Assembly: GCA_902795215.1 (NCBI GenBank)
Contig: CADBKG010000004.1
Span: 17,259 to 81,258 of the forward strand
DNA length: 64,000 bases
Source of the DNA: an uncultured Erysipelotrichaceae bacterium
GTDB taxonomy: Bacteria; Bacillota_I; Bacilli_A; RF39; UBA660
Direction: 5' to 3'
Of this stretch, positions 58,522 through 64,000 are shown in pieces. The notes beneath the pieces were generated by a model, which worked only from the letters and a program-made list of their open reading frames with translations, was not told the origin of the DNA and searched no databases. Every line of letters begins with the position of its first letter. Position 1 is the first letter of the stretch. Made by a program: the position numbers and the translations under genes.

Positions 58522-58562
58522 TAATATTACCTAGTATGAAGAAATCATACCAGGTAATATTA
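58522..58562. repeat. 18-bp inverted repeat upstream of the element B recombination module
   Basis: TAATATTACCTAGTATGA-agaaa-TCATACCAGGTAATATTA (one mismatch). Confidence 0.65.
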
Positions 58563-58604
58563 CAAAAATTAAAACCATAGGATTAATTGGAGGTACGGGA
58601 CTCT

Positions 58605-58784
58605 ATGGTTAAATACAAAGTTAATTTAATATTTAAAGATGCATCTATTTCTTTAAATGAAATAATAACTGAAGTATTAAAAATAGAATTAGCGAATATG
58701 TTGGACATGACTTGCAATTATAAAGATTACGAGCTACCATGTAATCATACTCATTATTTCCAAGTAGAAGGGAGTAGTAATTAA
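58605..58784 (+). CDS. Small protein translationally coupled to recombinase B
   Basis: RBS GGAGGT then ATG at 58605; TAATG overlap with the recombinase start; homologous short ORF upstream of recombinase A. Confidence 0.45.
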   Translation: MVKYKVNLIFKDASISLNEIITEVLKIELANMLDMTCNYKDYELPCNHTHYFQVEGSSN

Positions 58785-60349
58785 TGGTAGGGAATAGTAG
58801 TTTTAAAGTAGGAATTTATATAAGATTATCAAGAGATGATGGAAATATAGAATCTGATAGTATTGTGAGTCAAAGAAGTTTATTAAATCAATATGTTAAA
58901 GAAAACAATTATATGTTAGTAGATGAATATGTAGATGATGGATTTTCTGGAACTAATTTTGATAGACCAGCATTCAAAAAGATGATGAAAGATATTGAAG
59001 TAGGTAAAATCAACATGATTATTACTAAAGATATGTCTAGATTAGGTAGAGATTATATAGGTACTGGTGAATTAATAGAAAAGTTTTTTCCAAATAATAA
59101 TATAAGATATATTGCTATTAATGATGGTATAGATACTTTTATAGATAATACAAATAATGATATTGCACCTTTTAAAGCCATAATGAATGATATGTATGCT
59201 AAAGATATATCTAAAAAAATAAAAAGTAGTCTTCATTCAAGAATGAAAGATGGTTTATATGTATCAGGAAGATGTCCTTTTGGCTATATGAAAGATCCAG
59301 AAAATAAAAATCATTTAATCATCAATGAAGAACAAGCAGAAGTTGTGAAATTAATATTTGATTTAGCACTTAAAGGTAATACATATCACTATATTGCACA
59401 ATACCTAACCAATAAGAAAATAAAAACACCTGCCTCTTATTACAACTATGTATGGAACACAAAATGTATTAATACTAATTGTATATCACAAGAATATGGT
59501 GTATGGGTAGATACTACAATTAAAGCAATTTTAACTAATAGAATATATACAGGTGATGCAGTACAAGGTAAGACAAAAAAGATTAATTATAAACTAAAAA
59601 AGACAGTTAAAAATAATCCAAATGATTACATAATAGTAGAAAATACACATGAAGCAATAATTGACAAGAGTATATTTAATTATGTACAAACTTTACTACC
59701 TAAAAATGTTAAAAGACCAGAAAAGAAAAGATTTTATTTATTAGATGGTTTACTATATTGTGGAGATTGCAAACATCGTATAACAATTAGGTATCAAAAT
59801 AAAACAGGAAGAAGTTATACGACTTGTGATTATTATAGAACATATTCAAAATATCATGTCTGTACAACTCACACAAATAATTATGAAGTATTAGAAAGTA
59901 TTATTTTAGATAATATAAAAGATGTATGTAAAAAGTATTTAGATAAAAATAAAATAAAAGAATCTATTAATAATATAGAGTTTGAAGATAATACTTTTAG
60001 GATTAAAAAACAAATTGAAAGCCTAGATTTAACTAATAATAGATTAACTGAAAGTCTAGATAAAACATATATGGATAGATTAAAAGGAATTATTGATGAA
60101 GAACAATATATTAGAGTAAGTGAAAGTATAAAAACAGAAATAAATAATAATAAAAATAATATTGATAATCTTAAAAATGAACAAATTGAAGAAAATAAAG
60201 TAGATAACAAACAAATAGAAAAATATATTAATGAATTTTTATCACTAGATAAGGTGGCTAGGGAATTAATAATTAATTTAGTTGAAAAAATCTATATCTA
60301 TCAAGATAAGACGATAGATATTATATTTACATTTAAAAATGTTACATAA
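58784..60349 (+). CDS. Large serine recombinase (TnpX/SpoIVCA family) of element B
   Basis: VGIYIRLSRDDGN...YVDDGFSGTNFDRPAF...DMSRLGRDY, recombinase domain, zinc ribbon CGDCKH...CDYY, coiled-coil C-terminus. Confidence 0.9.
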   Translation: MVGNSSFKVGIYIRLSRDDGNIESDSIVSQRSLLNQYVKENNYMLVDEYVDDGFSGTNFDRPAFKKMMKDIEVGKINMIITKDMSRLGRDYIGTGELIEKFFPNNNIRYIAINDGIDTFIDNTNNDIAPFKAIMNDMYAKDISKKIKSSLHSRMKDGLYVSGRCPFGYMKDPENKNHLIINEEQAEVVKLIFDLALKGNTYHYIAQYLTNKKIKTPASYYNYVWNTKCINTNCISQEYGVWVDTTIKAILTNRIYTGDAVQGKTKKINYKLKKTVKNNPNDYIIVENTHEAIIDKSIFNYVQTLLPKNVKRPEKKRFYLLDGLLYCGDCKHRITIRYQNKTGRSYTTCDYYRTYSKYHVCTTHTNNYEVLESIILDNIKDVCKKYLDKNKIKESINNIEFEDNTFRIKKQIESLDLTNNRLTESLDKTYMDRLKGIIDEEQYIRVSESIKTEINNNKNNIDNLKNEQIEENKVDNKQIEKYINEFLSLDKVARELIINLVEKIYIYQDKTIDIIFTFKNVT

Positions 60350-60362
60350 AAATTGTATCAGG

Positions 60363-60792
60363 TGATACTCTTTGGACTATTGCAAGAAATAACGGCCTTA
60401 CGGTTGATGAATTAAAGAAATTAAATAACTTAACATCTAATACTCTACAAATAGGGCAAGTGCTAAAATTAAAAGAAAACTCTTCAAATAATAGTGGAGT
60501 AAATAATTATTACACAGTAAAAAGCGGGGATAGTTTATGGAAAATAGCAAATACATTTGGTACAACAGTAAATAAACTAAAAGAAATAAACAACTTAAAA
60601 ACAGATGTATTACAAATAGGGCAGAAATTACTTTTACCTACTTCTAATGAAGAAAAAGTATATACTGTAAAATCTGGAGATACTTTATATGGAATAGCAC
60701 TAAAGAATAATACGACTGTTGATAAGTTAAAAGAAATCAACAATTTATCAACAAATATATTAAGTATTGGACAAAAACTTCTTTTACCTTAA
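60363..60792 (+). pseudogene. Remainder of LysM-1 plus LysM-2 and LysM-3, fragment 3 of 3 of the amidase gene
   Basis: GDTLWTIARNNGLTVDELKKLNNLTSNTLQIGQVLKL, then YTVKSGDSLWKIA... and YTVKSGDTLYGIA... . In frame with fragment 2; the track ORF 60460-60792 is its tail. Confidence 0.85.
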
Positions 60793-60879
60793 GACTCTTA
60801 TGAGTCTTTTTAAATTTTACATTTAATTTATATTAAAATAATGATATAATAAATATATATTAGAGAAAGGAGTTTGTTT

Positions 60880-61338
60880 ATGTATACTGATATTTATGAT
60901 TACCCAACAAGCTATTCAAAAGGGTTCGCAGGTGTTGATTCAACATGGATGATTATTTCACTTGTTCTTGCAATTGTAGGAGGTATTTTTGCATATTTTG
61001 CATTTGTTGCTAAAAAGAATCCATTTAAAGGTCCTTTTATTGAGTGGCTACATGACTTTTTAAACTTCAAAATGTATATTGTAAGTGGAATATTAAAAAT
61101 AGCTTATGTATGTACTGCTATATTTATTACACTTGGTTCATTTGGAGTTATTGGTTCTAGTGTTGCATCATTCTTTGGTATATTAATATTTGGTAACTTA
61201 CTAGCAAGAATTAGTTATGAAATGTTATTGATGATGATTACTCTTGTAAATAATACTAGTGAAATCAATAGAAAATTAGGATCTAAAGAACCTAAAAAAG
61301 AAGAACCTAAAGAAAAGAAAGCTAAAGAAGAAAAATAA
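60880..61338 (+). CDS. Membrane protein (DUF4282-like)
   Basis: Three hydrophobic segments, Lys/Glu-rich tail; ATG at 60880 after AAAGGAG. Confidence 0.5.
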   Translation: MYTDIYDYPTSYSKGFAGVDSTWMIISLVLAIVGGIFAYFAFVAKKNPFKGPFIEWLHDFLNFKMYIVSGILKIAYVCTAIFITLGSFGVIGSSVASFFGILIFGNLLARISYEMLLMMITLVNNTSEINRKLGSKEPKKEEPKEKKAKEEK

Positions 61339-61362
61339 TTGCACAAAAGTGCAATTTTTTTT
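61338..61362. terminator. Bidirectional terminator between convergent genes
   Basis: ATTGCAC-aaaa-GTGCAAT hairpin plus TTTTTTTT. Confidence 0.7.
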
Positions 61363-61786
61363 AATATAATTCAGGACATGTTCCTCTGTCAGGTTTATAA
61401 AAGCAATGGCTTTTATACCTCCCTTCAAGTTTTTGCCCATAAAAAGTACTATTGCATGTTTTATTTGTTCCAGGTGCATAAAACCATAAAGCATCTGTTG
61501 CAGGATAATAATATTCACCCTCTAAACAGCGTTTAGCAAGCTCTTTTTCAAGAGAAGTACTAGATGTATTAAATAGAGAACTTTTAGTTCCAGAAAAGCC
61601 TCCAGGAGACTGATATATTACATCATAAATAGTTCTTATGTTTTTAAATGTCAAACAATTTGCTATTGCTCTATTAACAATTACGTTTCCAACCATAAGC
61701 ATTCCAAGGTTTCCTTCTCCTAAAGCTTCCGCTCTCATAAGTCTTGCCATTAAATCAAGTTCTTTTGAAGTATAATTAACTAACAT
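61361..61786 (-). CDS. cwlJ: Spore cortex-lytic enzyme CwlJ/SleB-family cell wall hydrolase
   Basis: 141 aa; DLMARLMRAEALGEGNLGMLMVGNVIVNR ... KSHCFYKP closely parallels B. subtilis CwlJ (DLMARLLRAEAEGEG...GNVGINR...KSHCFYQP). Confidence 0.8.
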   Translation of the reverse strand: MLVNYTSKELDLMARLMRAEALGEGNLGMLMVGNVIVNRAIANCLTFKNIRTIYDVIYQSPGGFSGTKSSLFNTSSTSLEKELAKRCLEGEYYYPATDALWFYAPGTNKTCNSTFYGQKLEGRYKSHCFYKPDRGTCPELY

Positions 61787-61860
61787 ATATAATCACATTA
61801 TATTATATTCAAGTACTGCTTGAAATTTACACACTTTTATATTATAATAAAGGCACTGCC

Positions 61861-61934
61861 AGGGGTGTGGTATAATGGTAGCATAGGAGTCTCCAAAACT
61901 TTTGATGGGAGTTCGATTCTCTCCACCCCTGCCA
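61861..61934 (+). tRNA. trnW: tRNA-Trp (anticodon CCA) with encoded CCA end
   Basis: AGGGGTG...CACCCCT acceptor stem, anticodon loop CUCCAAA, T-arm GGGAGTTCGATTCTCTC, 3' GCCA; 74 nt; closely resembles Bacillus tRNA-Trp. Confidence 0.9.
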
Positions 61935-61945
61935 TTTGAATATTA

Positions 61946-61975
61946 AAACACTAACATTTAAGTTAGTGTTTTTTG
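61946..61975 (+). terminator. Terminator after tRNA-Trp
   Basis: AAACACTAAC-atttaa-GTTAGTGTTT hairpin plus a T-run. Confidence 0.75.
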
Positions 61976-62113
61976 TTTGATTCACCATATTTTTATTTTG
62001 ATTATACAAGAAAAAAGTGTCTCGATTAGAGACACTACTTTTGTTTACTTCCAATATTTCAATATATATTTTTATGCAATAATCATACCTGGTTAAAAAC
62101 TATGCTTTAATAA

Positions 62114-62518
62114 CTACTTAGTTAATTCAATTTTTATTTCTTCAATTATATGTCCAATATTTCCTTCACCAGCATATCTAGTCATATCAAAGAAATTATC
62201 ATTTATGTCTACCCATTCAAGTTTATTAACTTCTTCTACTAATTCTACTTCTTTATTTAAAATCCCATAATAAACTTCTAGTGATTTATTAAATGAAATA
62301 TATTCTATATTCATAAAATGCTTTAGTTCAACATCATTTTTACTAATATTAGTTTCTTCTATTAATTCTCTATATGCTTCATTAAGTCCATCATTTTCTT
62401 TTTCTATTTTTCCACCAACTAAATTATACATTCCCATATAAGGTTCTTTAGTTCTTTTACACATCAATGTTTTATTCATGCCTTTATTAAAAATTACAAT
62501 TACATTATATTGTTTCAT
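62114..62518 (-). CDS. NUDIX hydrolase
   Basis: Nudix box GGKIEKENDGLNEAYRELIEETNI. Confidence 0.8.
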   Translation of the reverse strand: MKQYNVIVIFNKGMNKTLMCKRTKEPYMGMYNLVGGKIEKENDGLNEAYRELIEETNISKNDVELKHFMNIEYISFNKSLEVYYGILNKEVELVEEVNKLEWVDINDNFFDMTRYAGEGNIGHIIEEIKIELTK

Positions 62519-63088
62519 CTTTTCACCTCTATATTATTTTAACATATTATTTAGTAAAGTTTATATTTTTAATAATATTTTTTAGATATTTTCTATATTC
62601 TTCATCTTGGCAATATATATAGCATCCTTTAGTACCACTTGGTCCACTTAATACAATATTTATAATTATCCCCCTTTGTAAATTGATTATTATACTATCA
62701 CAATTTGAAACTATTTATCTTCTTTATCTTTGCTTATATTAGTATTTAGTATATCTTACCATTTCGAACATGTCCAAAATGGCTATATTCAATTTTTAGT
62801 GTTTTATCTATTTTATCTATTATATCTTTTTATTTATTATTATTTTGTTGTATCGGATTCACCGTATACGGTAAAGCCACCTCTTGTGAATTTTCATTTT
62901 CAAGTATCTTACATCAACAAACTATAAAACTAGTATATTTATCGTTTTATATATTAAAGGTGCTTATAAGCACCCTTTAAACAGTTTTAAAACATATATC
63001 AATATATTTACTTAATTAGCATTTCATAGTATAATGTTCTCAGTGATCAAAAAGCATGATTTTGGTTGTACAACCGATAACTACTCGT

Positions 63089-63130
63089 GCCATTGAATAT
63101 TAAAACACTAACTAATTGTTAGTGTTTTTC
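63089..63130. repeat. Duplicate of the tRNA-Trp 3' flank and terminator
   Basis: GCCATTGAATATTAAAACACTAAC-taatt-GTTAGTGTTT compares with GCCATTTGAATATTAAAACACTAAC-atttaa-GTTAGTGTTT at 61931-61971. Confidence 0.65.
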
Positions 63131-63954
63131 ATTTGGTTAATATAATTATTAGCTTTCTCAATCCTTAAAAGATATGCTTTTTTTAAGTTTTCATTTGATT
63201 CAATATTCATTCTTTTTTCTATTTCACAAATAAAGCTGTTAACATTGCTTATCATTTCTTCTTTATTGGTTGCATTGGATACAGAATAATCATTTTGATA
63301 GTAGTTATACCAAACTTTATTAATTATACCAATTCTATCTGTTTGATAAGTATAATCTATCATAAAAAGAGTATCTTCACTCACATGAACATTAGTATTG
63401 AATCTTAAATTATCAATACTTTCTCTTTTAAATAATCTTGTATATATTCTTCCTGTAGGACAATCTCCAAGTTCTTTATTGTTTTCATTTGTTTTACTAG
63501 TTAGTAATTTTTCTAAAAAATTATCAATTGTTTTACCTTCATAGATATGTAATCCTGGTAGTGATAATCTTGTCTTAATAATTTTATCGTTTTTTATTTC
63601 ATTATAGCCACCAATAATAACATCAAGATTATTGTTGAAAGCTAAGGAATATGATTCTTCCAAAAAATTTTCTTCTAATGTATCATCTGAATCAACAAAT
63701 GCTATATATTTTGAAGAAGATAAATCTATACCAGTATTTCTAGCATTGCTAACACCACTATTAGTAATATGTTTAACAACAAAGTTTTGTTTATCTTTAA
63801 TATAATTATCAAGGTATTCTTTAGTATAGTCATTACTACCATCATCTATTATATATACATTATAATCTTTAAAAGACTGATTAAGTATACTATTTAAACA
63901 TCTCTCTAAATCATCTAAAGGTGTATTATAAACAGGAATTATTATATCTATCAT
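63112..63954 (-). CDS. Family 2 glycosyltransferase
   Basis: IIIPVYN N-terminus, DDGS and VDSDD motifs typical of GT2. Confidence 0.8.
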   Translation of the reverse strand: MIDIIIPVYNTPLDDLERCLNSILNQSFKDYNVYIIDDGSNDYTKEYLDNYIKDKQNFVVKHITNSGVSNARNTGIDLSSSKYIAFVDSDDTLEENFLEESYSLAFNNNLDVIIGGYNEIKNDKIIKTRLSLPGLHIYEGKTIDNFLEKLLTSKTNENNKELGDCPTGRIYTRLFKRESIDNLRFNTNVHVSEDTLFMIDYTYQTDRIGIINKVWYNYYQNDYSVSNATNKEEMISNVNSFICEIEKRMNIESNENLKKAYLLRIEKANNYINQMKNTNN

Positions 63955-64000
63955 ATTATCACCTAGTAATATTGTATCATAAAAGTAGTTATATTTTGTT

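Larger units (their letters stand above)
54834..60362 (+). mobile_element. Intervening element B (~5.5 kb), second large-serine-recombinase element in the same gene
   Basis: Cores TCAGGAGATAC (54829-54839) and TCAGGTGATAC (60358-60368) lie at the junctions. Inverted arms are CATAAAAAT (60345-60353) and ATTTTTATG (54841-54849). The recombinase stop is 9 nt from the right junction. Confidence 0.8.

Noticed and set aside
58524-58551. Sigma-E-like promoter (ATATT ... CATACC) upstream of the element B recombinase module
   Set aside because: The spacing between the two boxes (17 nt) does not fit the consensus as I recall it, and such short AT-rich matches are expected by chance. It is not reported as a feature.
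61276-62054. Track ORFs 61276-61518 (-), 61339-61536 (+) and 61842-62054 (-)
   Set aside because: The first two overlap the terminator and the well-supported cwlJ-like gene. The third is read through tRNA-Trp on the opposite strand.
62730-62927. 65-aa ORF in the AT-rich spacer downstream of tRNA-Trp
   Set aside because: It has no RBS and a Phe/Tyr/Leu-rich low-complexity translation. It is more likely noncoding.

Overview
AT-rich, low-GC Bacillota (Firmicutes)-type chromosomal segment from a probable spore-former, since a cwlJ-like gene is present. Bases 1-29200 are conserved housekeeping genes, mostly on the + strand: murE-murF-murB, argS, prfB with its programmed +1 frameshift, a YitT-family gene, an HtrA-like protease, tilS-ftsH, soj-spo0J, an MscS-family channel, ychF, and a SAM-I riboswitch. 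Bases 29250-38240 are an integrase-less island bounded by related repeat units. It carries a Mrr-like nuclease, a Dam-class methyltransferase with a putative restriction enzyme, and a self-contained five-gene cassette (small protein, GHKL-type ATPase, two unknowns, PD-(D/E)xK nuclease) that I cannot assign to a named system. The most striking structure lies at 40471-60792. A single CwlC-like amidase gene (Amidase_3 plus three LysM repeats) is split into three in-frame pieces by two tandem intervening elements of about 13.7 kb and 5.5 kb. Each element encodes a TnpX/SpoIVCA-type large serine recombinase. For each, the reconstructed attP has inverted arms around a 16-bp spacer. The larger element is packed with defence-type cargo: T5orf172 / EcoRI-like MTase / DUF262-HNH, a mini-OLD ATPase-Toprim with a Mrr-P-loop NTPase, and a DUF4143 ATPase with a DUF4238-like protein. 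It also holds two unusual phased repeat arrays. The window ends with a membrane protein, a cwlJ-like gene, tRNA-Trp, a NUDIX gene bracketed by a duplicated tRNA flank, and a family-2 glycosyltransferase. No rRNA genes or CRISPR arrays are present. All product calls rest on motifs I recognised by eye in the supplied translations; no database search was run.
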